Source: Candidatus Fraserbacteria bacterium (GTDB lineage: Bacteria; Bipolaricaulota; Bipolaricaulia; RBG-16-55-9; DRXL01). From it: a DNA stretch of 64,000 bases. Under the pieces are notes generated by a model. That model made no database searches and had not been told where the DNA came from. It worked only from the letters and a program-made list of their open reading frames with translations. The stretch spans positions 32,001 to 96,000 of the forward strand of contig CAMTVK010000005.1 in the NCBI GenBank assembly GCA_947085185.1. The letters run 5' to 3'. The position numbers and the translations under genes are program-made. Positions 1-12,226 of the stretch are shown here, piece by piece (positions within the stretch are counted from its first letter, which is position 1; each line of letters begins with the position of its first letter).

Positions 1-1
1 C

Positions 2-319
2 ACCCGATTTATAGCGAGCCAACAGAGCGATCAGGACGTAGTGATACTGCACGCGGCCGTCGGGGTCTTTGAAGATTCTGTCTAATACGTCAAGAGTGCG
101 TTCGAGCTCGATCTCGATGTGGCACTCTTCGCGGATCTCTCTCTTGGCAGCATCGCGGACGGTCTCGCCCAGCTCGACGACCCCACCAGGGAGGCTCCAT
201 TGGCCCTTGCGCGGCTCGTGCCCGCGACGCACCAACAGGATCTTTCTGTCTTGGAAGACTAAGACGCTCACCCCGACGATAGGGTGTGGGGGATACTCAC
301 GATCTCTGTCAGAACCCAT
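2..319 (-). CDS. Nudix hydrolase (runs off the window edge; not in ORF track)
   Basis: Manual translation MGSDRDREYPPHPIVGVSVLVFQDRKILLVRRGHEPRKGQWSLPGGVVELGETVRDAAKREIREECHI; Nudix box GGxxExGE...REIREE. Confidence 0.9.
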   Translation of the reverse strand, partial: MGSDRDREYPPHPIVGVSVLVFQDRKILLVRRGHEPRKGQWSLPGGVVELGETVRDAAKREIREECHIEIELERTLDVLDRIFKDPDGRVQYHYVLIALLARYKSG

Positions 320-386
320 ACAAACGCTATTATAATCGAGCTATCAGGTTTCTCCCACTTGCCGAGCTCGATGCCCTGACGAGATC

Positions 387-1082
387 CTAGAGCGTCCCAC
401 TCTTCTCTTTCAGCTTTTCTTCGTCCTTGATGATGATATAATAGCGTTTCTTATCTAAGATGCCCTCTTTCGCGAGACGATTGAGAGCAGAAGTGGTGTT
501 CTCGCGGGCAGACCCGATGAGATCGGCCAGCTCTTTGTGCGTGATCTTAAAACTAATTTGGGTTCCTTCAGGGGTCTGTTCGCCGTGCTCTTCGATGAGT
601 CTCAAGAGTTGACGTGAGAGCCGCGTGGTGATGTCTTTGAAGACCAAGTCTTCGAGCTTTTGCTCTAAGTCACGCGCCCGCTTGCCGAAGAGCTGAATGA
701 TCTCGAGCGCTAACCAGGGCTTGCGCTCGAGAAGATAGAAGAACTTCTCGCGCTCTATAGGGTGAATGATCGCATCTTGCAAGACTTGGGCTAAGTGTTC
801 GCGGCGCTTGGCCCCGACCAAGACCATCTCGCCGAAGATCTCTCCCGCGCCCAAGATCGCCAACGTGAGCTTGCGGCCGCTCTCGTCCAAGTAGGCCAGC
901 TTCACTTTGCCGTCTTTGACATAATAGACGCGATCGTCAATATCGCCCGGTTGGTAGATGACTTCACCCTTTTTGTAAAATCGTCCCGACGTGGATTCGA
1001 CGATCTCGCTCAGGGCTTCTGCGATCTGCTGTCCGTTGGGCTGGTGCCCGGTCATGCTCAGCATCGTGAAGTGGTTCACCAT
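387..1082 (-). CDS. Crp/Fnr family transcriptional regulator
   Basis: cNMP-binding domain (GEIFGE) plus C-terminal HTH ITHKELADLIGSARENTTSAL. Confidence 0.93.
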   Translation of the reverse strand: MVNHFTMLSMTGHQPNGQQIAEALSEIVESTSGRFYKKGEVIYQPGDIDDRVYYVKDGKVKLAYLDESGRKLTLAILGAGEIFGEMVLVGAKRREHLAQVLQDAIIHPIEREKFFYLLERKPWLALEIIQLFGKRARDLEQKLEDLVFKDITTRLSRQLLRLIEEHGEQTPEGTQISFKITHKELADLIGSARENTTSALNRLAKEGILDKKRYYIIIKDEEKLKEKSGTL

Positions 1083-1389
1083 AGTCTCTTCGTGCCCTCT
1101 CTGGGAGCGCTGGTGTGCAGTGCGCTCTGGGATGCTCTTACTCTAACGGGTCAGGGAATGGGCTGAAAGGACCTGTGGCAGAGTGGCGCAGGGGGGTTCG
1201 TGACGCGGGCGACAGCCGAGGGAGCGCTTTTGGGACAACTGCCGTCACCTTATGAGGGGACAGGCATAACTCATGGCGACAAAAAAAGTCAAGAGAAGAT
1301 TTTTGGGAAGCTTAGAGATGACAAGCTGGGATAGCATGAGCAAAGCGCGCTCAGAGAAGATCACGCAGTCTAAGGATGAGAGACTCCTT

Positions 1390-2940
<1,551 letters not shown>

Positions 2941-3066
2941 GAATTCGAGAGTCACTCAAGGCAGAATCTCGGAGAGATTCTGTGCTTCTCTCGGGGTTGA
3001 GAGAAACAGCGCTTTGCTTCATGCTATCCACTTGTCAAAGAGCGATCTTCTCTGAGGAGTGCCAGC

Positions 3067-3095
3067 ATTATAACACACTCTGTTCGACTTGTCAA
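3067..3095 (-). promoter_or_regulatory. sigma70 promoter of the 16S gene
   Basis: TTGACA-17 bp-TATAAT on minus strand (TGTCAA 3090-3095, ATTATA 3067-3072); boxA-like CGCTCTTTGACA just downstream. Confidence 0.9.
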
Positions 3096-3139
3096 GAGCT
3101 AAAAAATGCTTATCTGAAGAGCGTTTTGCGCCTGGGCCC

Positions 3140-3619
3140 TCATACGAGCTTTGCCAAAGCTGCCCTGATGGCCCCAAGGTCCGGCAGCTGCCGGGGGTCG
3201 TCGCTCACCCATTTGTACCGGACGGTACCGGTCTTGTCGAGTACGAAGACGCTGCGCTTGGCGACCCCCTTCAGCCCCATCAGATCTTCGTGCAGCACCC
3301 CATATGCCCGGCTGATCTCTCGATTAAAATCTGTCAAGAGCTCGAATTTCAGAGCGTTCGCCTTGATGAACGCATTGAGCACAAATGGGCTATCCACGCT
3401 GATCCCGTAGACGCGGGCCCTCAGAGAGTTCAACTGGCTCAGGCTATCACGAAACGCGCACATCTCGTTGGTGCAGATGGGACTGAACGCCAAAGGGAAG
3501 AACGCTAAGACCATATTCGCCTTCCCCAGCTCCTTGCTGAGTGTGAAGTCCTGGAACTGCTCGCCATTGCAGACTTTTGTCGTGAAGTCCGGGGCTTTTT
3601 GGTTGAGCTCTACGGCCAT
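3140..3619 (-). CDS. Peroxiredoxin (AhpC/TSA family)
   Basis: FFPLAFSPICTNEMC peroxidatic motif; GISVDS; AKRSVFVLD. Confidence 0.92.
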   Translation of the reverse strand: MAVELNQKAPDFTTKVCNGEQFQDFTLSKELGKANMVLAFFPLAFSPICTNEMCAFRDSLSQLNSLRARVYGISVDSPFVLNAFIKANALKFELLTDFNREISRAYGVLHEDLMGLKGVAKRSVFVLDKTGTVRYKWVSDDPRQLPDLGAIRAALAKLV

Positions 3620-3755
3620 GATCGAACCTCCCTACGCTCAAGATGGCTTCATTGTAAAGCAGACTCCCGAAGTCTGCAAATGGGGGAGTGAAACTTGTCC
3701 CGTGGCTGGGGGTTATATATTCTGTCTCCATCTCTCTCGCAAAGGGGTGAGCACA

Positions 3756-4550
3756 ATGACGGGCAAGAAGGTCGTGCGCATGATGGCGCTGGTTCTGCCA
3801 GCGATGGCGCTCTTGGCTGCGGGACCGATCTTGGTCAATCAATCACACAGCAGCGATTCTGTCTCGGCGAGCAGCGGCGAGCAACCGGGGAGACATCTGA
3901 CGCTCACCTTCACCAACGATACGGGCGTGGAAGCCGACGGATTGCAGATCGAGTTCAAGAAGGCCCCCGCGGGCATACAGTTTGTCAAAGTCGAGCCGTT
4001 CAAGAGCACCATGGCGGTGCTCAAGAGCAACGTTGTGGTGCTGACGAATGGGCGCGTCGGGCCAGGGGAGAAAGCGCGCCTGAGCGTGGTCGGCGATCCG
4101 TTTGGGATGGCTGTGGCGGACTTCCAATGGATTCGTCAAGGGGTGTTGATCGCCGGGAAGACTCGACAGATCGAGGTCGAGGAGCGCGTCATCACTCGTG
4201 AAACGGTCTTGGTCGATCGCACCGAGAAGGAGCCGGAGCCGTTGGTGGTGTCGGTGCGCTTTGAGCTTGTCAACGGGGCAAGCCGGCTCTTTGTGACTCA
4301 AGGGATGATGATCGCTGAAGGAGCGCTTCTTGCGATCAAAGATCAGGTTCGCTTAGAGTTGCTCATGAACGAGATCGCGCGCGCGAAGAATCTCAAAGAG
4401 CGCGAGAAGCTCCAAGCCGAGCTCAAGAAGCTCGAGGTGCGTGCACCGATCAGCGGGTTGGTGCGCGAGCTCTCTTTCGATGTCGGCGAAGAGACGACCA
4501 AAGTCGAAGCGAAGCTCCTAGTTGTCACCAGAGCGAACGCTTTACAGTGA
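3756..4550 (+). CDS. Hypothetical exported protein with membrane-fusion-protein-like (barrel-sandwich/coiled-coil) C-terminus
   Basis: SD (AGGGGTGAG) before ATG 3756; N-terminal signal; V.QG..I..G..L...coiled coil...LEVRAPISGLV. Confidence 0.6.
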   Translation: MTGKKVVRMMALVLPAMALLAAGPILVNQSHSSDSVSASSGEQPGRHLTLTFTNDTGVEADGLQIEFKKAPAGIQFVKVEPFKSTMAVLKSNVVVLTNGRVGPGEKARLSVVGDPFGMAVADFQWIRQGVLIAGKTRQIEVEERVITRETVLVDRTEKEPEPLVVSVRFELVNGASRLFVTQGMMIAEGALLAIKDQVRLELLMNEIARAKNLKEREKLQAELKKLEVRAPISGLVRELSFDVGEETTKVEAKLLVVTRANALQ

Positions 4551-4574
4551 AGCTGAAGCGACAGCTTACGGCAG

Positions 4575-4601
4575 GCCACGGGGTGCTCCCGTGGCTTTTT
4601 T
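4575..4601 (+). terminator. Rho-independent terminator
   Basis: GCCACGGG-GTGCT-CCCGTGGC hairpin followed by TTTTTT. Confidence 0.85.
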
Positions 4602-4716
4602 GTTAGAGTGGGCTTCGTGGACAGCTCGTCTTCATTGGCGGTTGCATTGCCCTGCGAATTTCAGTATCTTAATGGGGATTATCCCAGTCTGTCTTTCATA
4701 GAGAGGAGTCGGGAAT

Positions 4717-6636
4717 ATGCACCAGAAGAACCAGCTCGCGTGGCTTATCGGGGGTGCACAGGGCAGCGGGGTTGATTCCGCGGCTAATCTTTTTGCCAAG
4801 GCCTGCGCCTTCGGGGGGCTCTACGTCTATGGCCAACGCGAATACTACAGCAATATCATGGGTGAGCACAGCTACTATCAAGTCACAGTCAGCGACCGCC
4901 CCGTGCGCGCGACTCGCTCGCTGACGGATATTTTAGTGAGTGCCGACGCGGAAACAGTCTTTCTCCATGCGCTCAGTGTCAAGCCCAACGGCGCTCTCAT
5001 CTACGACCCGAAGCTCACTGAGACGTCTCTCAGCAAAGTTGCCGCGCTAGAGCATCGGGCACGCCATGATCTCTATCAGTATCTTCGCGCGAAAAATCTC
5101 AGCGAGACGCTCGCAGGTATGCTCCAAGATGCGCAAGCCCGCGGGGTACGGCTCTATCCCGTTCCCTACGACGAACTCTTGCAGAAGATGACGGGGGAGA
5201 AAGTGCCCCAGCTGGCGCAGGCCAAGCGCATGGCCAACGCCATGGCTGTCGCGGCCTCGTGCGCCCTCCTTCGCTATGATATGAAGCTCTTGGAGCGCGC
5301 CCTGGAAGATATCTTTCACGGCAAGAAGAAAGTGATCGAGCTGAACTTGCGCGCGTGCGAGCTTGCGTATGAGTACGTCTCAAAGAATTTTGCGCAAGAT
5401 TTTCCCATCGTGCTGGAGCCGGTTCAAGCAAGCGCGCCGCGCATCTACGTGACGGGCAACCAAGCCACAGCGCTGGGAAAGCTCACAGCTGGCTGCACCA
5501 TGCAGACGTACTATCCCATCAGCCCTGCGACCGACGAGAGCGTCTATTTGGAAGCGCATCAGCTCTTCGAGCGTCAGGGCGGGCGCGGCGCGATCGTTGT
5601 CGTCCAGGTCGAAGACGAGATCGCAGCGATCACGATGGCGACCGGAGCGGCGCTCGCCGGAGCACGAGCCGCTACGAGCACCTCCGGGCCGGGGTTCTCG
5701 CTCATGGTCGAGGCGCTGGGCTGGGCCGGGATCAATGAGGTGCCCCTGGTCGTGACGCTCTATCAGCGCGGCAGCCCCAGCACAGGGCTCCCTACCCGCC
5801 ATGAGCAGGGCGATCTGAGATTTGTGCTCCATGCCGGCCACGGGGAGTTCCCGCGCATTGTGCTTGCTTCAGGAGATCTCGAAGAGTGCTTCTACGACGA
5901 GATCCGCGCGTTCAACTACGCCGAGAGATATCAGCTTCCTGTAATTCACTTGCTAGATAAAGCTCTCGCCAGCAGCAGCCAGACCCTTCCCGCCTTTGAG
6001 CCCCTGCGGGTACGCATCGATCGAGGGCTGATGCTCGAGAGCTCAGGGGGCGAGGGCTACAAGCGCTTCGTATACACGGAGACAGGGATCTCGCCGCGCG
6101 TGGCCTTGGGCACGCCCGCTGGAATCTTCTGGAACACCGGCGACGAACACGACGAGCTGGGGCACATCACCGAGGACCCCATCGAGCGCGTCCGGATGAT
6201 GGACAAGCGCGCCAAGAAATTAGAAGTCGCGGCTCGGGAGATCCCGCTCTCGGAGAAGCTCACGGTCTTTGGCGATCCCAGCTCTGAATTGTTGATACTC
6301 AGTTGGGGATCGCCCAAGGGGGCCATTCTCGATGCTCTTGAAGTCTTGCATGCCGAGAAGCAGTCGGTCTGTTTCGTGCAGTGTCGGCTGCTCTCTCCCC
6401 TGCCCAGCGATGAGCTGAGAGAATTGCTGAGCAAAGCCACGCGTCGCGTCTGTATAGAAAATAACTATTCAGGGCAGTTTGCCGGGCTGGTGCGCGAGAC
6501 TACCGGGGTCGCCATGGACCATCTGATCGTCAAATTCAATGGCCGTCCGATCACGATGGACGAAGTCTATCAGGCTGTGAAAGAGATTCTGTTGGGCAAA
6601 GCCCCACGAAGGATGGTGTTGACGCATGGCGCATAA
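4717..6636 (+). CDS. 2-oxoacid:ferredoxin oxidoreductase alpha subunit (gamma-alpha fusion)
   Basis: GGAQGSGV N-terminus, [36 protein letters not shown]. Confidence 0.95.
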   Translation: MHQKNQLAWLIGGAQGSGVDSAANLFAKACAFGGLYVYGQREYYSNIMGEHSYYQVTVSDRPVRATRSLTDILVSADAETVFLHALSVKPNGALIYDPKLTETSLSKVAALEHRARHDLYQYLRAKNLSETLAGMLQDAQARGVRLYPVPYDELLQKMTGEKVPQLAQAKRMANAMAVAASCALLRYDMKLLERALEDIFHGKKKVIELNLRACELAYEYVSKNFAQDFPIVLEPVQASAPRIYVTGNQATALGKLTAGCTMQTYYPISPATDESVYLEAHQLFERQGGRGAIVVVQVEDEIAAITMATGAALAGARAATSTSGPGFSLMVEALGWAGINEVPLVVTLYQRGSPSTGLPTRHEQGDLRFVLHAGHGEFPRIVLASGDLEECFYDEIRAFNYAERYQLPVIHLLDKALASSSQTLPAFEPLRVRIDRGLMLESSGGEGYKRFVYTETGISPRVALGTPAGIFWNTGDEHDELGHITEDPIERVRMMDKRAKKLEVAAREIPLSEKLTVFGDPSSELLILSWGSPKGAILDALEVLHAEKQSVCFVQCRLLSPLPSDELRELLSKATRRVCIENNYSGQFAGLVRETTGVAMDHLIVKFNGRPITMDEVYQAVKEILLGKAPRRMVLTHGA

Positions 6637-8734
6637 GCCACAAGACTACAAGACAGACGTGCACAACAACTGGTGCCCAGGTTGTGTGCTGCCGGGCTCG
6701 CTTATTCACACGAACCCCAACGTTAAGCCTATCGAATCTATAAAGAAAGGCGATCGAGTGCTGGGATGGGATGGGCGCTATCATAGAGTGACGGAGGTCT
6801 TTAGCCACCGTCACCAAGGGATAATGTACAGAATTCGTGTGAAGTGCCTTGGGGAAGTCACGCTGACTCCAGAGCATCCTGTCTTGATTGCCAGACGCGC
6901 TTCCCCCAAGCGGCACACCCAGGACTTCACCCTCATCTGGGAACGAGCCGACCACATTCAGAAGGGGGACTATGTGGCGTATCCTATCCCTGCCGAAGTT
7001 GCTCCCTTGAAGGACTTCAAGCTTCCTGTGCGCAAGGCGCAGGATCGGCGCAGTGCGTCCCTGCCTGAGAGTATTCCCGTCACTCCTGAGTTTCTGCGAC
7101 TCGCGGGCTACTATCTGGCAGAAGGATGGATAGAGAGGCGCACGGCTAAGAAGGGCCGATTAGAAGCATCTATTTATTTCTCCTTCCCTCAGAGGGAGAG
7201 GAGATTCGTTCGCGATATAGAGCAAATCGTGGCTCGTGTCTTTGGTCTCAGTCTGTCTATTCAAGAGAAGCCCGAAAAGAGATCAATCGAGCTAGCGATT
7301 CACTCGGCGCGCTTGGCGAGAGCGTTCCAAGAGTGGTTCGGCAGCGGAGCCGATCAGAAGAAAATCCCCCATGAGCTGATGCTCTTGCCTCCGCCACAGC
7401 AGCGTGAGTTGCTCAGGGGGCTGTGGCGTGGCCATGGCTGGGTAAGCTCTCACCAAGTCCGGGCAAGCTATAAGACTATCTCAAAGACATTGCGAGAGCA
7501 GCTCAAGCTGTTACTCTTGCGCCAAGGGATTGTGCCCTCAGTCTACACCGAACCAGCTCGCAGGGGCCATCGCGAAGCCTATAGCCTCTTTGTCACGAGC
7601 GCCAGAGACTACGGGCGCTTGATGGAGGTATTGGGCGTAAAGCCCAAGAAACTGCCCACAGGCAACCCCCCCTCGACGGTGATCGGGCAGAACTTTGTGA
7701 TGGCTCCCGTAGCAGATATCGAGACCTTTGAGTACGATGGCCCAGTGTGGAACCTCGAAGTCGAAGATGTCCGTAGCTACGTGAGCGAGTGTGCCACTCT
7801 CCATAACTGTGGCGACTTTGGTATCCTCAACGCAGTGCAGATGGCTCTCGCTGAGTTAGATGTAGAACCCCATCGCGTCGTGGTCTTTTCGGGGATCGGC
7901 TGCTCGGGCAAGACCCCTCACTATATCAATACGTACGGGGTGCATACACTCCACGGGCGCGTCCTGCCCTATGCCGTGGGCGCTAAGTTAGCCAACCCCG
8001 ATCTGACGGTGATCGCCGTTGGCGGCGATGGCGACGGCTTAGGGATCGGCGCGGGACACTTCGTCAATGCCGGGCGCCGCAACGTTGATATCACTTATAT
8101 TCTGCACAATAACGGGGTCTACGGGCTGACTAAAGGCCAAGCCTCGCCCACGCTCAAGCTGGGCGTCCAAACAAAGTCACTCCCACAGCCCAATATCAAT
8201 CAGGGAGTCAACCCGCTCTTCTTAGCTTTGGCTGCAGGCTATACGTTTATCGCGCGCTCCTATGCGTACGATATTAAGCACTTGGTGAGCATCATTCAGC
8301 AAGCGATCGAGCATACTGGTTCAGCGTTCATTGACGTGCTGCAACCTTGTCCGACATATAATGACATCAACACGCGCGAGTGGTACGGCGGCGAAGACCG
8401 AAAAGACCCGCAGACGGGCAAGCCCCTCCCCCGGGTGTATAAGCTCGAAGAGCAGGGCTATGACCCGCTCATCAAGCCAGGGATGAGCGATGCCGAACTC
8501 GCTGAGAAGCTCAATAGATTTATCGAGAAAGCCCTCGAATGGGGTGACAGAATCCCTATCGGTGTTCTGCTGAAGAACGAGACGGTGCCCTCCTACGAAG
8601 ACCGGATCCTTCAAAGAATTCCATTCTATCGTGAGACACCGCCAGCAAAACAGCCGATTGCGGACGCCCAAGGCCGACCGACCATTGACTTGACAGAGTT
8701 TTTAGAAGAACTGAAAGTCACTGGGAACGTCTAG
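6626..8734 (+). CDS. 2-oxoacid:ferredoxin oxidoreductase beta subunit, intein-containing
   Basis: NNWCPG|intein|[24 protein letters not shown] motif GGDGD...[22 protein letters not shown]. Confidence 0.95.
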   Translation: MAHKPQDYKTDVHNNWCPGCVLPGSLIHTNPNVKPIESIKKGDRVLGWDGRYHRVTEVFSHRHQGIMYRIRVKCLGEVTLTPEHPVLIARRASPKRHTQDFTLIWERADHIQKGDYVAYPIPAEVAPLKDFKLPVRKAQDRRSASLPESIPVTPEFLRLAGYYLAEGWIERRTAKKGRLEASIYFSFPQRERRFVRDIEQIVARVFGLSLSIQEKPEKRSIELAIHSARLARAFQEWFGSGADQKKIPHELMLLPPPQQRELLRGLWRGHGWVSSHQVRASYKTISKTLREQLKLLLLRQGIVPSVYTEPARRGHREAYSLFVTSARDYGRLMEVLGVKPKKLPTGNPPSTVIGQNFVMAPVADIETFEYDGPVWNLEVEDVRSYVSECATLHNCGDFGILNAVQMALAELDVEPHRVVVFSGIGCSGKTPHYINTYGVHTLHGRVLPYAVGAKLANPDLTVIAVGGDGDGLGIGAGHFVNAGRRNVDITYILHNNGVYGLTKGQASPTLKLGVQTKSLPQPNINQGVNPLFLALAAGYTFIARSYAYDIKHLVSIIQQAIEHTGSAFIDVLQPCPTYNDINTREWYGGEDRKDPQTGKPLPRVYKLEEQGYDPLIKPGMSDAELAEKLNRFIEKALEWGDRIPIGVLLKNETVPSYEDRILQRIPFYRETPPAKQPIADAQGRPTIDLTEFLEELKVTGNV
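6683..7807 (+). mobile_element. Intein (375 aa) with LAGLIDADG homing endonuclease domain
   Basis: C1 (CVLPGS), block [19 protein letters not shown]-like LAGYYLAEG and LRGLWRGHG, block F VWNLEVED, terminal HN followed by Cys+1; removal restores WCPGCGDF. Confidence 0.97.
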
Positions 8735-8739
8735 AAAAG

Positions 8740-9132
8740 ATGGGCGAACTGTGGCGCACCGTACACAGATATTTGACGTGGGGCGACTATCTGGTCATTG
8801 CTCTGGTCGTGCTAGGAGCTTCAGCGACGATCCCCGTGCTGCAGGGGACCCCGCAAGCATCGGGGCGGTGGGCTCTTGTCCGTTTGGACGGACGGATCGT
8901 GTATCAGCTTGCCTTAGATACAGATCAAGAAGTGACCGTCAGGGGCCCCGCGGGAGAGACAGTGATTCGGGTGCAGGGGGGACGAGTGCGCGTCGTCAGC
9001 TCTCCTGGACCGCAACAGATTTGCGTCCGCCAGGGATGGATTCACAAACCCGGCGAAACCCTCATCTGTTTGCCTAACCACGTCACGGTCGAGATTCCTG
9101 GAAGTTCTGGAATTGATGCGATCTCACGATGA
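8740..9132 (+). CDS. NusG domain II-containing (DUF1312-like) membrane-anchored protein
   Basis: N-terminal TM; SPGPQQICVRQGWIHKPGETLICLPNHV motif. Confidence 0.85.
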   Translation: MGELWRTVHRYLTWGDYLVIALVVLGASATIPVLQGTPQASGRWALVRLDGRIVYQLALDTDQEVTVRGPAGETVIRVQGGRVRVVSSPGPQQICVRQGWIHKPGETLICLPNHVTVEIPGSSGIDAISR

Positions 9133-9677
9133 TCCCCTACACGCGCAGGACGCTCCCCGAGGTCTGGCTGCTCAAGAGGATTCTCTTTGCGGCGCTTTTA
9201 GCTCTGGGGATCGTGCTCTATGTGCTCGAAGGGTTTTTCCCGCCGTTGGTGCCGGTGCCGGGAGCCAAGCTGGGGCTTTCGAATATCTTGGTGCTCTTCA
9301 CCATGATCTTTTTGGGCTACGGCGCGGGGATCTTTTTGGCGATTGCTCGAAGCATCTTAGGGGGCTTTATCGCGGGCACGCTCTTTGCCCCGGGAGCGCT
9401 GCTCAGTCTCACGGGAGGGTTGGTGAGCGCTCTCGTCGTCGCATTGAGCTTGCGTACGCTGCGCCCGCCGCTGGGGCTTGTGGGCATTAGTATCTTGGGC
9501 GCCATTGCCCATAACGTCACTCAGCTGGTTGTCGCGTATCTCCTCTTCGTTCAGATCACAGGGCTCTTGTACTATCTGCCGTTTCTGCTTATATTAGGGC
9601 TGATCAGTGGGTTAGTGACAGGGCTGATTGCTGTGTATCTCTTTGAGCGCTTAGGACGTGAGCTGGGATTATCTTAA
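9129..9677 (+). CDS. Gx transporter family protein (heptaprenyl diphosphate synthase component I-like)
   Basis: PVPGAKLGLSN and GISILGAIAHNVTQL motifs; follows a NusG-II gene, the usual pairing. Confidence 0.85.
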   Translation: MIPYTRRTLPEVWLLKRILFAALLALGIVLYVLEGFFPPLVPVPGAKLGLSNILVLFTMIFLGYGAGIFLAIARSILGGFIAGTLFAPGALLSLTGGLVSALVVALSLRTLRPPLGLVGISILGAIAHNVTQLVVAYLLFVQITGLLYYLPFLLILGLISGLVTGLIAVYLFERLGRELGLS

Positions 9678-9686
9678 AGAGAGATC

Positions 9687-10592
9687 ATGATTTGGGCTGA
9701 AGGGCTGACGCGCCGCTTTGGGGATCGCCTTGCCGTCGAGGCTCTCTCTCTAGAGATCGCTGAGGGCGAAGTCTTTGGCTTTCTTGGTCCCAACGGCGCG
9801 GGCAAGACGACCACCGTGCGGATGCTCGCCGGACTTTTGGCCCCTACAAGCGGACGAGCTCGTGTCGCAGGCATTGACGTGCAAGAGCCGCATCGCTTGC
9901 GCCCCCTCGTGGGCATTCTGACGGAACATCCCGGATTATACGAAAAACTTTCGGCATGGCATAATCTCAAATTCTACGCGGATCTTTATGATCTGCCTAA
10001 GCCCCACGTCCAGATTGAAAAATATCTGAGGCTGCTGGGCTTATGGGAGCGCCGCTTCGACCCTGTGGGGACTTTTTCCAAGGGCATGAAGCAGAAGCTC
10101 GCGATCGCGCGCGCTCTCTTGCATGAACCCAAAGTGCTCTTCTTGGACGAGCCCACCTCGGGGCTTGACCCCGAATCGGCCAAGACCGTGCGCGATTTTA
10201 TCGCACAGCTTTCTTCGCAGAAGCGCACGATCTTTCTGTGTACGCACAATCTCTACGAGGCCGAGCAGCTCTGCACGCGCATCGGACTGATGAAACAGCG
10301 ACTCATCAAAGTCGGCTCGCCCGCATCTCTCAAGCGCGAGCTCTTCGGTCGCCAGATCGTCATAGATCTGAAAAACCCCCTGGCGCTCCCTGAGGATCTT
10401 CAGTGCCCCTTCGTGCGCAACATCCAGATGAACGGGACAACGCTCTTGATAGAAGTGGACGACCCTGAAGAGCACAACCCCGCGCTCATTCGGAGATTAG
10501 TTGAGCTTGGGGCGCAGATTCAGTTTGTGCGTGAGCAGGATCGCTCGTTGGAAGAAGTCTACCTAGAGCTGATCGCAGAGGAGCACCGATGA
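9687..10592 (+). CDS. ABC transporter ATP-binding protein (ABC-2 exporter)
   Basis: GPNGAGKT, FSKGMKQ, LFLDEPT. Confidence 0.95.
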   Translation: MIWAEGLTRRFGDRLAVEALSLEIAEGEVFGFLGPNGAGKTTTVRMLAGLLAPTSGRARVAGIDVQEPHRLRPLVGILTEHPGLYEKLSAWHNLKFYADLYDLPKPHVQIEKYLRLLGLWERRFDPVGTFSKGMKQKLAIARALLHEPKVLFLDEPTSGLDPESAKTVRDFIAQLSSQKRTIFLCTHNLYEAEQLCTRIGLMKQRLIKVGSPASLKRELFGRQIVIDLKNPLALPEDLQCPFVRNIQMNGTTLLIEVDDPEEHNPALIRRLVELGAQIQFVREQDRSLEEVYLELIAEEHR

Positions 10593-11338
10593 AGCGCATT
10601 CGGATTCTGATGCTGAAAGAATGGCGCGAGGTGTTCAAAGGGGGCAAGACGGTCTGGATCGGCACGGTCGCTATCCCCTTGATCTTGCTGGCGATCTCGC
10701 TCTTTCAGCTCTTTGGGATCAGCGACTGGCGCCAGGTCGACCCTGCAGAGCTTCCGAGTGTCGTCGGGACGATCTTTCTTGTGCCGCTCTTGTATTTTGT
10801 GATGTTCCCGCTCGTCATCCCGCACTCGATCGCGATCTATGCGATCATGAGCGAAAAAGAACAGAAGAGCCTAGAGCCCTTGCTGGCGACGCCGCTGCGC
10901 ACCAGCGAGCTCTTTCTCGCGAAGATGCTCGCTTCAGTCCTGCCCACGCTTGCGATCACGTGGATGGCCTTTGGGCTCTTTCTCGCGCTCGTACGAGTCT
11001 TACTTCCGGCGCATATCCTAGAGCTTGCATGGGAGCAGTTTAGCTTTCTCTGGCTCATGACCTTAGGGGTGTTTGCGCCTCTGGCTGCGACGTTCATGAC
11101 GTTGGCTTCCATGGCCATCGCCACGCGCGTGAGCGACCTGCGCACCGCGCAACTGCTCAGCAGCTTTGCGATGCTCCCCATCTTGATGTCCTCGTTCTTC
11201 TTCATCTTTCAGCAAGCTTGGGACAAGCCCCTCTTTCTCGGCTTTCTCTCGGGAGCCCTTCTGGTGCTCGATGTGGGACTCTTAGCACTGAACGTCAAGC
11301 TCTTTGGGCGCGAAGAGATTCTGACTCGCTGGCGCTGA
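10589..11338 (+). CDS. ABC-2 transporter permease
   Basis: Multi-TM; EKEQKSLEPLLATPL motif; coupled to ATPase. Confidence 0.9.
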   Translation: MKRIRILMLKEWREVFKGGKTVWIGTVAIPLILLAISLFQLFGISDWRQVDPAELPSVVGTIFLVPLLYFVMFPLVIPHSIAIYAIMSEKEQKSLEPLLATPLRTSELFLAKMLASVLPTLAITWMAFGLFLALVRVLLPAHILELAWEQFSFLWLMTLGVFAPLAATFMTLASMAIATRVSDLRTAQLLSSFAMLPILMSSFFFIFQQAWDKPLFLGFLSGALLVLDVGLLALNVKLFGREEILTRWR

Positions 11339-11341
11339 ATT

Positions 11342-12226
11342 ATGCCCCTCACAAGCCCCTCGTATATCCGAGACATATTAGCTCGCCACAAGATTCGCTT
11401 GAAGAAGAGCTTAGGGCAACATTTTCTTGCCGATGAGAACATTTTGAGGAAGATCGTGTCAGCGGCCCAGATCGCTGACACAGACACAGTCGTTGAGATT
11501 GGTGCGGGGATCGGCACGCTCACCCAAGAGCTGGCGCAGCGCGCCGGGCACGTCATCGCCGTCGAGATAGATCACCGACTCATCCCGATTCTTGAAGAGC
11601 ATCTGCGCCCCTACTCCAACGTCACCATCGCGCCCCAAGACTTTTTACAGTTCGATCTGCGCGCGGTCGTTCGACAAGCCAAGAAGATCGCTGTAGTCGG
11701 CAACTTGCCCTATGGCGTGACAGCCCCAATCTTAGAGAAGCTTATCGAAGCTCACGCAGTGCTGGGATCTGCGACGCTCTTGGTGCAATGCGAAGTCGCC
11801 GAGAAGCTCTGTGCACGGCCGGGCACGCGCGACGCCAGCGCGATCACGATCTTTGCGCAGAGCTTCGCGCAAGTTCAGAGATTATTCTCAATCTCGCGCC
11901 ACGTCTTCTTTCCCGTGCCCCAGGTGGACTCGGCCTTGGTGCGCTTCGAGTTCTGTGAGCATCCAAGGTTTCGTGCCCCAGAAGATCTGTTCTTCAGGGT
12001 CGTCCGTGCGGCGTTCCATCTGCGGCGCAAGACTTTAAGACAAGCGCTCACTCGATCTCCTTGGCTTGCCCTGCCCCCAGAGCTCGCTTTGAGCGTTTTT
12101 GAGCGAGCGCAGCTGGACCCGCAGCGTCGGGGTGAGACTCTTTCTCTCGAAGAGTTCGATAGGCTCGCCCAAGCGCTCGCTACTCTGTCCGGGCTACATA
12201 ATTGCGCAGCACGCCGATCCCACTGA
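11342..12226 (+). CDS. rsmA: 16S rRNA m6,2A dimethyltransferase KsgA
   Basis: KKSLGQHFL, VEIGAGIG, VGNLPY, FFPVPQVDSA, RRGETLS. Confidence 0.96.
   Translation: MPLTSPSYIRDILARHKIRLKKSLGQHFLADENILRKIVSAAQIADTDTVVEIGAGIGTLTQELAQRAGHVIAVEIDHRLIPILEEHLRPYSNVTIAPQDFLQFDLRAVVRQAKKIAVVGNLPYGVTAPILEKLIEAHAVLGSATLLVQCEVAEKLCARPGTRDASAITIFAQSFAQVQRLFSISRHVFFPVPQVDSALVRFEFCEHPRFRAPEDLFFRVVRAAFHLRRKTLRQALTRSPWLALPPELALSVFERAQLDPQRRGETLSLEEFDRLAQALATLSGLHNCAARRSH

Noticed and set aside
1083..1290. Riboswitch upstream of the Crp/Fnr gene
   Set aside because: Only weak hairpins and partial GTGA-N6 half-sites; no recognisable aptamer.
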